DNA from: a virus
Lineage: Duplodnaviria > Heunggongvirae > Uroviricota > Caudoviricetes
Strand: one strand, 5' to 3'
Virus record (IMG/VR): IMGVR_UViG_3300031857_000071
Span: 18,271 to 82,270 of that record
Length of the DNA stretch: 64,000 bases
The notes under the pieces were generated by a model. That model did no database searches, was not told the origin of the DNA, and was given only the letters and a program-made list of their open reading frames with translations. Below, one piece after another: positions 1-10,224 of this stretch. How positions within the stretch are numbered: the first letter of the stretch is position 1; each line of letters opens with the position of its first letter. A program made the translations under genes and the position numbers.

Positions 1-757
1 TATCAATCTTATTAGAATCTTCCAGTAATATTAGACCCTGTTGATAAAAGTTCCAATCATGGAGTCTTCGTGTGCTTAACATTCCACTAGCAGTTTGTAA
101 GTGGGAAATTATCGAATTTGCTTGTGTGGTGGTTATGTTTGATGCCAAATTTCCAGTGCCATCCAAATAAATTGAAGAATTTAGTGTCGGATAGTCATTT
201 GTAATAATCACTGTATTTGCGGCAATATCATCACCCATGAATAAACTTGTCATGCATCCTAGCAACGGAGTTGAATCTTGAATACCATCGGTGTTATTCA
301 ACAACATCAACAAGTTTTGACCCACCTGTACAGAGGTATCATAGTCTGGATATTCAATCACAGGAGAACCGTTTTCTGGAACGGTAGATTCGGCTCTAGT
401 CACTCCAGCGACATTTGATGTGTGTTGCTTGAATAGATTTATTTCCGATAAAAGTGTGGTTGCTGATGATTGCAGACCTGCTCCATTAGCTGTATCATAT
501 GAAACAATCGTCAGCATTAGGTTGTATAGGTTCTGTGTACTCGATTGAAGTTCATTACATACATTCAATACTGGATTTTTGTAGTAATTTGTTGCTATGA
601 TTGTACCATTGGCCAGGTCACTTTTTTGCCATGGCTCAAGTGATATTGGTTGTGTGTTTAGAAAGTTTTTTGTATCCTGACTCAAGTAAATTGCATCACC
701 GAATTTACTTGTATCGAAACTGAAACTTAATCTGTTAAATACGTTTGCGCCTGACAT
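1..757 (-). CDS. Hypothetical virion/baseplate-module protein. N-terminal part only; the ORF continues past the window start.
   Basis: Open frame on the minus strand. ATG at 755-757 lies directly downstream of the spike ORF in the same operon. No stop codon before the window edge. Confidence 0.35.
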   Translation of the reverse strand, partial: MSGANVFNRLSFSFDTSKFGDAIYLSQDTKNFLNTQPISLEPWQKSDLANGTIIATNYYKNPVLNVCNELQSSTQNLYNLMLTIVSYDTANGAGLQSSATTLLSEINLFKQHTSNVAGVTRAESTVPENGSPVIEYPDYDTSVQVGQNLLMLLNNTDGIQDSTPLLGCMTSLFMGDDIAANTVIITNDYPTLNSSIYLDGTGNLASNITTTQANSIISHLQTASGMLSTRRLHDWNFYQQGLILLEDSNKID

Positions 758-768
758 TCAAATCTCCA

Positions 769-1548
769 TTATAACATTTTACGTAAAGGTGTGGAAGTTG
801 GACCCTTTGGTGCTTTATGTATATGCGAATTGTACTGCATTCTCATAGTCATCATTGTACCTAAAGTGTCTCTCACCATAGCACCTTGTGTAAGTGGTGT
901 CCAAAGGCTTACAGCACCAAAAATTGGTCCGAGTGTGTCGATACCGAGATTGGAACTGAGTTTCATACCTGCCGTTACGTTTTCAACCGCAGAAACTGAT
1001 TGTTTAGAAATGATTGAACCGGAGACGTTCAAATCACTGTTAATATTCACGGCTGATGCCGCTCTGATACTGACTGTACCAAGTTCTCCACCAGCAAAAA
1101 GTGAAATGTCACCACCTGAGGTTATCTCCACTTTTTCACCTGAATTGATTTTTGTTTTTCCGTTTACCTGTTGATATGAGTCACCATTAACTTGACTATA
1201 ACAATCACCAACTACATTAAAAACGGAATCTCCTTGCACCGTGATATTACAAACACCATTGATAAGTACATTATTGTTACTTGCAATAATTTCGTATTTG
1301 TCACCAAGAATTTTAACGATTTGTTGACCGTTCGCTTGTATTTCCGTGAAAGTACCGGTTCTATGTTGAATTCGAACCCTCTCAAATTCTGGTGTGTCAT
1401 CCATTTCTATAAAATGACCTGATTCCGAGCCAATTACTCTATTGAGTGGTGGGGATACATTCCAGTCTGATGGTGGTTCTGTCCAAGAATAATCAGGACC
1501 AGGTTTTTGAGCAATAAATTGCTGTTCGATTTGTGCTTCTGTTGCCAT
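769..1548 (-). CDS. Baseplate central spike beta-helix protein, resembling the gp5 C-terminal needle
   Basis: 259 aa with repetitive V/I-x-G-x short beta-helix-like repeats (VLINGVCNITVQGDSVFNVVGDCYSQVNGDSYQQVNGKTKINSG...). Starts 3 nt after the stop of the OB-fold ORF. Confidence 0.45.
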   Translation of the reverse strand: MATEAQIEQQFIAQKPGPDYSWTEPPSDWNVSPPLNRVIGSESGHFIEMDDTPEFERVRIQHRTGTFTEIQANGQQIVKILGDKYEIIASNNNVLINGVCNITVQGDSVFNVVGDCYSQVNGDSYQQVNGKTKINSGEKVEITSGGDISLFAGGELGTVSIRAASAVNINSDLNVSGSIISKQSVSAVENVTAGMKLSSNLGIDTLGPIFGAVSLWTPLTQGAMVRDTLGTMMTMRMQYNSHIHKAPKGPTSTPLRKML

Positions 1549-1551
1549 AAT

Positions 1552-2568
1552 TTAAATTCTTCCTGAATATGATTTTGGATTAAGAGTTGCTTGTGTTGTT
1601 GCTACGAGAGATTGTGCGCCTGCGACTGTTGATGTTGTTGCACTTACTGTCTTGTTAACATCGTTAATTAAACCTTTAACTTCACCTACAAGCCCACCAG
1701 AACTGGTTGCTATTGATAATGCAGATTTCAATGAGTTGTAAAGTGCCGCCAAACAATCTTGAAACATTTGTAATAATCTTGCAGGTAAACTTAAAATCCA
1801 TGCAATCATTTTTTGCACATATGCAACATATCTTGCAATTTCAAGTATAACATTGTTGATAAAATCTAAAAAATCCCTAATATCTTTCAATATACCCCGA
1901 ATAACTTTGATTGCACCAATGATCTGTGTGACCAATGGAGAACTTGAGGCTCCTGAAGTGATTGCTTCGATTCCTTTTCTTATAGCTTGAAATAAAGTTG
2001 AATTTTTTAGGTCTTCAAGTGCCTGTTTGAATCTTATGTTATTGGCTATATCACAAACGTGCGCCCTCGACTTGTCAGACTTTTCAATTCCGGTACCCTT
2101 ATATGTATTCGATGTAGCTGGCGCTGTTGATTCACCCACACGCACAGGTTTCATTGCTGGTGTGTCGGAGTAAACAACTGGTGTTATCGCATTCGACTCA
2201 TTTAATGAAGAATTTGTATATTTTGCTTTTGCAAAAAAACCTCTACCTTCTACCTCATCCGCTTCTTGTTGCGGTATGGCAGGAAACACACCAAGCATGG
2301 CTGGTGCCTGTGATGAAAGACCATCCATAAAGAAACCAAAAACATAGTCACCTTCCATTGGTGTGGAAAATGTCCTAGAATCATTTACAGGATACAATGG
2401 TGTTGCCCAAGGTAATTCAGATGTTGGAATTTCCTGTAAGTTATCGGTGTGAGAACCAAAAATCCTAACTTTACAACGACCCACGTTCAATGGATCAACA
2501 CGGTCTTCTACGACACCAATCCACCAAACGAAATCGTCGTGTCCGAGTCTATTTTTAAATTCTGTCAT
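1552..2568 (-). CDS. Baseplate hub subunit: gp5-like N-terminal OB-fold domain protein with no lysozyme domain
   Basis: N-terminus WWIGVVEDRVDPLNVGRCKVRIFGSH matches the conserved gp5/VgrG OB-fold motif (vGvVedv.DP...GRvrVRi.G.H). Confidence 0.5.
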   Translation of the reverse strand: MTEFKNRLGHDDFVWWIGVVEDRVDPLNVGRCKVRIFGSHTDNLQEIPTSELPWATPLYPVNDSRTFSTPMEGDYVFGFFMDGLSSQAPAMLGVFPAIPQQEADEVEGRGFFAKAKYTNSSLNESNAITPVVYSDTPAMKPVRVGESTAPATSNTYKGTGIEKSDKSRAHVCDIANNIRFKQALEDLKNSTLFQAIRKGIEAITSGASSSPLVTQIIGAIKVIRGILKDIRDFLDFINNVILEIARYVAYVQKMIAWILSLPARLLQMFQDCLAALYNSLKSALSIATSSGGLVGEVKGLINDVNKTVSATTSTVAGAQSLVATTQATLNPKSYSGRI

Positions 2569-4019
2569 TATACATCACCTTTTATTGCTTTTTGCATGTC
2601 ACCTGAATTGTCATAATTATCAACCGATGCACTGTAACTATCTTTAACAACTTCAAGTATAGTTTCATATTTACCCGCAAAATCAATAATATGGCGAACG
2701 GCTGTAATCATATAAATTCCTGAGTGAAATGGATCTTCTTCACCGGCATCATAACCAGATTCATTCTTACTTCTGCTTGATGGTAAAGACACACCCACTA
2801 ACATACCAACAGTTAAGTTTGGATCACCTGAAACTGAAAGTTTAATTCTAGAATAATGTGAAAGAGAAAGCTGTGCAGTTCTGTTTGGTACATAATCTTC
2901 TACTCTAACATCATTGGCAACATTCCACGGTTCTTCACTGATTCCCAATGCTTTCTTTTGATCGGAATTAGATACTGTAACTTTCAATACTGCATCATAA
3001 TTCTCATTAGCTTTTTTACCAAGTCTATTTTTCAATTCTGGTATTAAAGAGTTTTCATTTAGTTTTTTTGAATTTTGAAAATATGCTGAATAATCAAATT
3101 TTGTGTCTTTGAAGGTTCTTGTTAGAGGATCAATTGAAATCAATCTATTAGCAAAAGCACCGGATATAGTTCCATACAAAGTGTCGAAAGTGTCGAGAAA
3201 CACATATGATTTTATACCAATAAGGTTTCTACCCAACTCCGCACTTTTAATTTCCCAACCAACACCATTTATTTTATTACCAGCACTTCTCGGTATGTAA
3301 ATAAATTGTATGTATGGTTTTTGTGAAAAGAGATTTTGTAATGAGTAAAAATTGAAACCCTCAGCGTTTTCATAAAAAAGAAAATCAGCACCTTTTTTGC
3401 CAATAGGTTTCGCATAATTTGACAACCAATTAATAGCTTCGAATGGCTTCTTATATGGTATTACAAAATCGTAAAGACCATCTGTTTCCTGCATTCTAAT
3501 AAACTTTTTATCAATTTTTAATTTGTCCGAAAGTATGTCGTATATAATTTCTGATATTTTTTTACCTGAATATGATTTGCTAACTTTTGTTTGCTCGGAT
3601 AATAATAATTCTTCTGAGCAAAAATGTAGTGCATATGTTTCTGTTGCACTATTGTTTAATACTCTTTCAGAAACACGATAAATTCTAAAATATTTTTCAG
3701 TTGTTAATTCTTCATTTGATTTTATAGTTTTCTTAAATTTTAATTTAAGATAATCGAATCCTGACATTCCGAGTCTGTCAATTAAACTTATTGAATCGTT
3801 GATTAATATACTTCCGCTTGTTATTCCTTTAAAAATGTCTTCATAATATGATAATTCAACCATCATCATTTTGATGTTTGTGTTATCTTTTGCAGTAATA
3901 ATGTATGCTTCATCAAGACTGTAATCATCAGCCGTAATTAAACCACGGGTTTGTACGACAGGTGCTTCTTTCGGTGCCAAAATTGAATTTTGGCCAGCAA
4001 CTTCAATATTTTGTAACAT
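2568..4019 (-). CDS. Putative baseplate hub/structural protein (gp27-like position)
   Basis: 483-aa ORF start-overlapping the gp5-like ORF in the structural operon. No diagnostic motif seen. Confidence 0.3.
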   Translation of the reverse strand: MLQNIEVAGQNSILAPKEAPVVQTRGLITADDYSLDEAYIITAKDNTNIKMMMVELSYYEDIFKGITSGSILINDSISLIDRLGMSGFDYLKLKFKKTIKSNEELTTEKYFRIYRVSERVLNNSATETYALHFCSEELLLSEQTKVSKSYSGKKISEIIYDILSDKLKIDKKFIRMQETDGLYDFVIPYKKPFEAINWLSNYAKPIGKKGADFLFYENAEGFNFYSLQNLFSQKPYIQFIYIPRSAGNKINGVGWEIKSAELGRNLIGIKSYVFLDTFDTLYGTISGAFANRLISIDPLTRTFKDTKFDYSAYFQNSKKLNENSLIPELKNRLGKKANENYDAVLKVTVSNSDQKKALGISEEPWNVANDVRVEDYVPNRTAQLSLSHYSRIKLSVSGDPNLTVGMLVGVSLPSSRSKNESGYDAGEEDPFHSGIYMITAVRHIIDFAGKYETILEVVKDSYSASVDNYDNSGDMQKAIKGDV

Positions 4020-4669
4020 TATGCAACTTTCATTAATACTTTAAGTTGTTGTTCCATTTCACCTGCATATGTACTATTCAATAACTTAATTTGTCTCCTA
4101 GACTCATTTAATTCTTCTTCGTAATCATATAACGTTACAATATTTTTTGTTGTTGATACAATACATTGTGTTCCGTTTGCAACTGGAGGATCGGGTATAT
4201 CATATGTTACCGTAGATTCTGTGAGCGTATTATATTCGCTTTGTGTTATTGAAACTTCTTTAATAGTTTCTGTTCTGGTATAAACATCAGTTGTTGTTAT
4301 AATTTTTTTATATTCATATACGGTTGTTTGTGTATATTCAAAAGGTGTTTTTCCTGCATCCTCTGCTTCTGTTGCATATTTTGAACCCAGGTATTCCAGG
4401 AAAGATGCATATGGCATTGGCCATTCCCAAACAGGATCTAAAATTTGATTTGAGAATAAAACTATCCAATATTTGAATGGATCACCATAATATTTTTCAG
4501 CAACAATCTCCGGTGTATCACCTTCTTGTATCGCATACTCATAGAATTGCATTGGATTGTTTATCAATTCTTGAACTAATGCCGCACGTGCCAACAAATT
4601 GGTCATCAATATAGGATAACCATTTTGGTCTGGTGTAATTATTTTAGGTAATGTTTTGAAATAGTACAT
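4019..4669 (-). CDS. Hypothetical baseplate-module protein
   Basis: 216-aa ORF coupled by ATGA overlaps on both sides, within the baseplate operon. Confidence 0.3.
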   Translation of the reverse strand: MYYFKTLPKIITPDQNGYPILMTNLLARAALVQELINNPMQFYEYAIQEGDTPEIVAEKYYGDPFKYWIVLFSNQILDPVWEWPMPYASFLEYLGSKYATEAEDAGKTPFEYTQTTVYEYKKIITTTDVYTRTETIKEVSITQSEYNTLTESTVTYDIPDPPVANGTQCIVSTTKNIVTLYDYEEELNESRRQIKLLNSTYAGEMEQQLKVLMKVA

Positions 4670-5805
4670 TAGTATCCCGCTTTAATTCTATTTTTATCGA
4701 TGATAATAGTCTCTTTAAATTGAAGGGTCATCTTTATTTGTACAGGAGAACCATCATTAAAAGTTGACCAACCATTTGGACCGTAATCGACACTTATATT
4801 TTCTAAAACAGTTCCACCAGTGTCGTCACCTATTCTAGGTACATATTCGTTTCGTTTACCTTTGTAAAGGAATTCTATTTTGAAGGGGTAAGGAACTTCC
4901 ATAAACAAACCTTGTGAAAAGTAACCTAGGGGTTTCAGTTCTGGTGCGGCCGCAAATTTAAAATGTTCAATAATTTTTTTTACTTCTTCACTTTCTTCTT
5001 TACTGTAAGGAGTGAATACAAAATCAAACTGAAAAGTTCTAAAGCCAACACCTCTAAACAAAACTTGAAGTTGTGGGTTTATTGCTTGACCCAAACCTCT
5101 TGCGGCAAGGTCACCAAGGTTGTTCATACCAAGTGCTTTTCCTGCCGCATTTGCGAGAGTATATCTGATAAATGGATCTGAACCAGCTTTGTTTGCCAGT
5201 TGTTCAATAGTTTTATCGGCTGAACCATTGAATAGGTCAAGCATTGATGTTCCAGCTTGCGCCAAGAAATATGCTTTACCTAAAGATTCTGTTAAACTAA
5301 TATCATCATAAGATGCACCGTATGTAACATTTACAGTATCCGGAATATAAAGTGCAATAGATGTATCAGGTTTTCTAGGAACATCTGCGGCCGCAATTTG
5401 TCTACTAAGGTTAGTTAAAGATTTTTTAAAATCCTCTGGGGCTTGAGGTAATTCTACCGTAGGTTTACCCTCTAACACATTTTGACCACTTTGAGCGATA
5501 GAACTACCCACGGCACCTGCATATCGAGCCCCTCCTGTAATCACATTAATAGTGTCTGTTACAATTTCCGGTTTGTAGTCGGGATCGGGTCGCATAGATG
5601 TGAATTTAATCACATGACTACGTGTTGCGTCTGATCCCAAATTGCGAGGATATTTTAATCCGGTAAATTCGAATTTATTTCCATACAGTAACTGTAGTGG
5701 ACCATTTATGGTTCCCGGTACTGAAATACCCGCTATTGAGGTTGGGATAGATATTGGCATGGTTTTTGTTATTTTAAGAAGGTAATATACATATTTATAT
5801 GGCAT
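4669..5805 (-). CDS. gp19-fold baseplate/tail-tube protein (gp48-like tube cap candidate)
   Basis: C-terminal region ...GSPVQIKMTLQFKE resembles the conserved C-terminus of the gp19/gp48/gp54 family. Position in the baseplate operon. Confidence 0.4.
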   Translation of the reverse strand: MPYKYVYYLLKITKTMPISIPTSIAGISVPGTINGPLQLLYGNKFEFTGLKYPRNLGSDATRSHVIKFTSMRPDPDYKPEIVTDTINVITGGARYAGAVGSSIAQSGQNVLEGKPTVELPQAPEDFKKSLTNLSRQIAAADVPRKPDTSIALYIPDTVNVTYGASYDDISLTESLGKAYFLAQAGTSMLDLFNGSADKTIEQLANKAGSDPFIRYTLANAAGKALGMNNLGDLAARGLGQAINPQLQVLFRGVGFRTFQFDFVFTPYSKEESEEVKKIIEHFKFAAAPELKPLGYFSQGLFMEVPYPFKIEFLYKGKRNEYVPRIGDDTGGTVLENISVDYGPNGWSTFNDGSPVQIKMTLQFKETIIIDKNRIKAGY

Positions 5806-6236
5806 ACAGCGGCAAATTCACACCAAGAAACCCACAAAAGTATCGTGGAGACCCAAGAAACATCATTTATCGTTCGACATGGGAATGCCGAGTGATGAAT
5901 TGGCTTGACTCGAACGATACCATTCTAGAATGGGGTTCTGAGGAGTTCTCAATACCATATAAATCTCCGGTAGACAACCGTGTTCACCGTTATTTTCCTG
6001 ATTTTTACGTGAAAGTTAAGCAAAAAGATGATACAATCCGAGTGATGATTATTGAAGTAAAACCAGCAAAACAGACTAAACCACCAGAGAAAAAGAAGAA
6101 AGTCACGAAACAATACATCCAAGAAGTGGTTACTTGGGGTATTAATGAAGCAAAATGGAAAGCCGCAACCGAGTTCTGTCTAGACCGTGGATGGGCTTTC
6201 AAAGTATTAACAGAATATGATTTAGGATTAAAATGA
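5799..6236 (+). CDS. PD-(D/E)XK nuclease-fold protein
   Basis: Motif YFPDFYVKV...VMIIEVKP (PD ... E-x-K) is typical of the restriction-endonuclease-like fold. Opposite strand to the flanking structural genes. Confidence 0.35.
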   Translation: MAYSGKFTPRNPQKYRGDPRNIIYRSTWECRVMNWLDSNDTILEWGSEEFSIPYKSPVDNRVHRYFPDFYVKVKQKDDTIRVMIIEVKPAKQTKPPEKKKKVTKQYIQEVVTWGINEAKWKAATEFCLDRGWAFKVLTEYDLGLK

Positions 6237-7996
6237 TTAGATTGCATGTGTTGTCGGTTCCGCATACGGCATCGACAAAAGAGTATACGGTTTGCGCCTT
6301 TACTCAAAAAGTGATTAACTTTTGCAAAATGTACAAAGACATGGGTATGCATGTCATTCATTATGGACGTGATGACTCCGATGTTATCTGTGATGAACAT
6401 GTCACAGTAACAACACGTGCGCTGAATGAGAAGGTTTATGGTATATATGACTGGAAGAATCAAGGCCTAAAATACAATCAACAAGATGAGGTTTTCAAAA
6501 CATTCAACGATAACTGCATCAAAGAAATCGAAAAGCGTAAACAGCCGCACGATATTATTCTGTGTTTCTTTGGGCTGGCGCAGAAACCAGTTTGTGATGC
6601 ACACTCAGATTTGATTTGTGTTGAACCTTCTATTGGTTATCCGTCCTCCTTTGCACCATACAAAGTATATGAATCGTATGCTGTGATGCATGGTCTCCAA
6701 GGTCCAGACAAAGTAGCAACTGCCGAATATAAGTTCTATGATGTTGCGATTCCATCTGGTTTCGACCTGAGTGAATTTGAATACACTGAAAAGAAAGAAG
6801 ATTATTTCTTAATGTGTGGTCGTATGGTGTGGTCTAAAGGTGTTGACATTGCGGCTCAAGTGTGTGAACAACTTGGTGTGAAGTTGGTGTTGGCGGGCAC
6901 CACTTTTGGTCCAACCGATTGTAATGTCGGTGATACATGGCCTGCCCACGTTGAATATGTCGGTTATGCTGACGTTGAGAAACGAAAGAAACTCATGGCT
7001 GGTGCAAAAGGTTTGTTCTGCCCAACAATCTACAATGAGCCGTTTGGCTACGTAGCAATTGAAGCAATGTTATCGGGTACACCAGTCATCACAGTTGATT
7101 GGGGTGCATTCACAGAGACTGTACAGCACGGAGTGACTGGTTTCCGTTGCCGCACGTTTGAACAGTTTGTTTGGGCCGCTAAGAATATTGATACAATTTC
7201 TCCACGTGCATGTCGTGAATGGGCTGAAAAGAACTACAACTTCAATAAAATCGGTTCAATGTACAAAGAATACTTTGAATCGATTATCAACCTTTCCAAG
7301 GGTAGTGGTTGGTACACCAAGAATGATGAAAGAAAAGAACTTGAATGGCTTACCAAGACACAACCCACACAACCAAAGACGTTCAAAGAGATTCTAAACC
7401 AATATAACAGAATCAAAGATGGCAAAGTGCATTTTCTTCAGATTGGTGCCATGGATGGTGTAAAGCACGATGATCTATATCCGTATGTAATGAGTTACGA
7501 TTGGACTGGTGTTTTGGTTGAACCTCTACCAGATATGTTCGATAAACTGGTTGAGAATTATTCACTCAAAGATGGCCTAAAGTTTGAAAATTCCGCTATT
7601 GCTAACTCTGAAATCGTAACGATGTACCGTGTACCATCGGAATTGGTTGGAACTGATGGTATTCCCGATTGGGCTGAAGGTTGTTCTACGATGGTGCCAA
7701 AAACACATATTGAAGACATAGTACCACATATGGTTGAACAAGAAGTTAGGGGCATCACAATCTCTAAATTGTATGAAAAATATGGTAAACATTTCGACTT
7801 TATTCAGGTTGATACAGAGGGCTATGACTATGAAATATTCTTCCAGTTCCTTGAGAATGGATTCACAGCAGAATTGTTAAAGATTGAGATTGCACATATA
7901 ACTTATACAAAAGCGGTGTGGATGCGCTGGAAACTGGAACAAAGCGGTTATAAGACATTCATTGACGGATACGATTTAATAGCCTACCAGTTCTAG
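6233..7996 (+). CDS. Fusion protein: GT-B (group 1/GT4-like) glycosyltransferase plus FkbM-family methyltransferase
   Basis: GT1 motif EPFGYVAIEAMLSGTPVI (E-x7-E) in the N-terminal half. C-terminal half has FLQIGAMDGVKHDD ... FDFIQVDTEGYDYEI (Methyltransf_21/FkbM-like). Confidence 0.55.
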   Translation: MIRLHVLSVPHTASTKEYTVCAFTQKVINFCKMYKDMGMHVIHYGRDDSDVICDEHVTVTTRALNEKVYGIYDWKNQGLKYNQQDEVFKTFNDNCIKEIEKRKQPHDIILCFFGLAQKPVCDAHSDLICVEPSIGYPSSFAPYKVYESYAVMHGLQGPDKVATAEYKFYDVAIPSGFDLSEFEYTEKKEDYFLMCGRMVWSKGVDIAAQVCEQLGVKLVLAGTTFGPTDCNVGDTWPAHVEYVGYADVEKRKKLMAGAKGLFCPTIYNEPFGYVAIEAMLSGTPVITVDWGAFTETVQHGVTGFRCRTFEQFVWAAKNIDTISPRACREWAEKNYNFNKIGSMYKEYFESIINLSKGSGWYTKNDERKELEWLTKTQPTQPKTFKEILNQYNRIKDGKVHFLQIGAMDGVKHDDLYPYVMSYDWTGVLVEPLPDMFDKLVENYSLKDGLKFENSAIANSEIVTMYRVPSELVGTDGIPDWAEGCSTMVPKTHIEDIVPHMVEQEVRGITISKLYEKYGKHFDFIQVDTEGYDYEIFFQFLENGFTAELLKIEIAHITYTKAVWMRWKLEQSGYKTFIDGYDLIAYQF

Positions 7997-8008
7997 TATA
8001 AATACTGG

Positions 8009-8611
8009 ATGGCTTCAACACTCACACAACTCACTCAACAAAAAACGGCTCTGGAACAAGATTTTTTGTCCAGAAAATCCGTCACGTGGTTACAAGACCA
8101 AATGCGTGACCTAAAGGCGCCGATCAAATTGGCGAGAGAAATAGCAAAAGAAAAGAGTAGACAGGGTGGTCAATTTCAGATGGGTGGACTCTACCACTTT
8201 TTCTATGATCCACTGACCAAGGGAGATTTGCCTTACTATGACATATTCCCTCTGGTGATACCACTTAAACGTGATGCCGATGGATTTATAGGGCTAAACC
8301 TGCACTATTTACCACCTAGGTATCGTGCTGTGTTTATGGACAAACTCATGAATTTTGCCATTACAAATGAAAATAATGAGCCTAAACGCCTTCGTGTAAC
8401 TTATGATATTTTGACGGCAACAAAGAACTTCAAAGAGTTTAGGCCTTGTTTGAAGCGTTACCTGAATAGTCAAATTAAATCAAAGATTTTGACGATTCAA
8501 CCACCAGAGTGGGAGGTTGCATTATTTCTTCCCACAGCCGTTTTCAAAGGCGCACCCGTTTCTAAAGTTTATGCTGAATCGGTTGCCAAAGCACAAAGTA
8601 GGACATACTAA
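8009..8611 (+). CDS. Hypothetical protein
   Basis: 200-aa ORF with good coding periodicity and no recognisable motif. Confidence 0.3.
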   Translation: MASTLTQLTQQKTALEQDFLSRKSVTWLQDQMRDLKAPIKLAREIAKEKSRQGGQFQMGGLYHFFYDPLTKGDLPYYDIFPLVIPLKRDADGFIGLNLHYLPPRYRAVFMDKLMNFAITNENNEPKRLRVTYDILTATKNFKEFRPCLKRYLNSQIKSKILTIQPPEWEVALFLPTAVFKGAPVSKVYAESVAKAQSRTY

Positions 8612-9285
8612 TGGCAGGCTCAATCGCAGATTTTAAAGCAAGTTTTAATACAGACTTAGCACGACCAAGTAGGTTTGATGTAAACATTCCAATTCCTATT
8701 GGTCTTCTCCCATACAGAGAAATCGGAAGAACACTTAGAATGCGTTGTGAGAACGCAGAACTTCCAGGTCGTTCAATCTCAACAACAACGATGAAAATTT
8801 ATGGTGTCGAGGAGAAGTTTCCGTATCAAACAACATACAGTGATATCAGCCTCACGTTTATTGTTGGTGATGATATGGCTGAAAAGAAATTCTTTGATGC
8901 ATGGTTGAACTGGATTAATCCAACAATCAATTACAATCTGAAGTATAAAGCAGACTATGCTGTTCCACTCACAGTAAATCAATATGATGTGAGGAATGAA
9001 CTTTCATATTCTGTGACAATGTTGGACACTTTTCCAATTGCAGTAAATCAGCTTGACCTTGATTGGTCCTCAGATGGTCACCATAAACTGACTGTTACGT
9101 TTGCATACACAAGCTGGAGAAACAATTCAGTTGAAGCACTTGGAATGGAACTCTTGGAAACAACTATTGCAGAGTCGTTGGACTTCCCTACTTTTCCTAC
9201 TGGGTTCTTAAGATTACCATCAAACTTAGGAAAAGATTTAATTCCACCTGGAGAAAGTTTGTCACCAGGTGAAAAATTTATATAA
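8611..9285 (+). CDS. gp19-family tail tube / baseplate tube initiator protein (gp54- or gp19-like)
   Basis: ARPSRFDVNIPIP ... RMRCENAELPG ... LDWSSDGHHKLTVTFAYTSWR parallels T4 gp19 (ARPNLFQVEI ... CKATALPAG ... LDWDSNNEIQTFEVTLALDYWE). Confidence 0.5.
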   Translation: MAGSIADFKASFNTDLARPSRFDVNIPIPIGLLPYREIGRTLRMRCENAELPGRSISTTTMKIYGVEEKFPYQTTYSDISLTFIVGDDMAEKKFFDAWLNWINPTINYNLKYKADYAVPLTVNQYDVRNELSYSVTMLDTFPIAVNQLDLDWSSDGHHKLTVTFAYTSWRNNSVEALGMELLETTIAESLDFPTFPTGFLRLPSNLGKDLIPPGESLSPGEKFI

Positions 9286-9304
9286 TAAAATGGAGATATA
9301 AATC

Positions 9305-10030
9305 ATGGCTTTACCAAAAATCGATACACCGATTTATGACTTGGAATTACCATTATCAAAAAAGAAAATTCGTTTCCGTCCTTTTCTAGTGAAAGAGCAA
9401 AAGAATCTTCTAATGGCAATGGAATCTGGAGACAGAGAATCGATTGAACAAAATATAAAACAGGTTCTAAACAACTGTACAGTTACAGAAGGCATTGATA
9501 TCGAAAAACTTCCAGTTATCGATATTGAATATTACTTTCTGCAACTCCGTGCAAGGTCTGTTGGAGAAGTTGTCGAAAACAAATATCGTTGTGATAACAC
9601 GGTTGATGAAAAACCATGTAATAACATCATGGAAACATCACTGAACCTACTTGATATCAAAGTTGAGGGTGTTGTTGAAGGTAATGATGTTATCGAACTT
9701 ACCAACACAATTTCAATCAAACTGAAATATCCAGAATTTTCTGTATTAAATAAACTGTCGAAACTCACAAGCGTTTCTGATATTGCATTTGAAATGATTG
9801 CCGAATCTGTAGAGTATATCTATGATGGTGAACAGTTTTATTATGCAAAAGAAGTTGATTCAAAAGAAATTGTTGAATTCATTGAATCTCTCAATCAACA
9901 ACAGTTTGCAAAGATTGAAGATTTTTTCGCAAATCTTCCGAAGATTGAAAAGAAAATTGAAATGAAGTGTTCACGTTGCGGTTTCGAACACAAACTTGAC
10001 GTTGAAGGACTGGAAAGTTTTTTCGGTTAA
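9305..10030 (+). CDS. Hypothetical structural-module protein
   Basis: 241-aa ORF between the gp19-family gene and the large virion proteins. Confidence 0.3.
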   Translation: MALPKIDTPIYDLELPLSKKKIRFRPFLVKEQKNLLMAMESGDRESIEQNIKQVLNNCTVTEGIDIEKLPVIDIEYYFLQLRARSVGEVVENKYRCDNTVDEKPCNNIMETSLNLLDIKVEGVVEGNDVIELTNTISIKLKYPEFSVLNKLSKLTSVSDIAFEMIAESVEYIYDGEQFYYAKEVDSKEIVEFIESLNQQQFAKIEDFFANLPKIEKKIEMKCSRCGFEHKLDVEGLESFFG

Positions 10031-10080
10031 CATTTGGTCATGATAATTTGAGAAATTATTACAAAACTAATTTCTCTTTG

Positions 10081-10224
10081 ATGCAACACCATAAGTACAG
10101 TCTTACGGAACTTGAGAATATGATACCGTGGGAACGTGATGTATATGTTGGTATGCTTATACAATATATTGAGGAAGAAAATCAGAAGATTAAACAAAAG
10201 ATAAACGAGAGCAAAATTAGATGA
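10081..10224 (+). CDS. Small hypothetical ORF (47 aa) translationally coupled to the downstream gene
   Basis: ATG...TGA overlapping the ATG of 10221 (ATGA). Below the ORF-track size cutoff. Confidence 0.2.
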   Translation: MQHHKYSLTELENMIPWERDVYVGMLIQYIEEENQKIKQKINESKIR

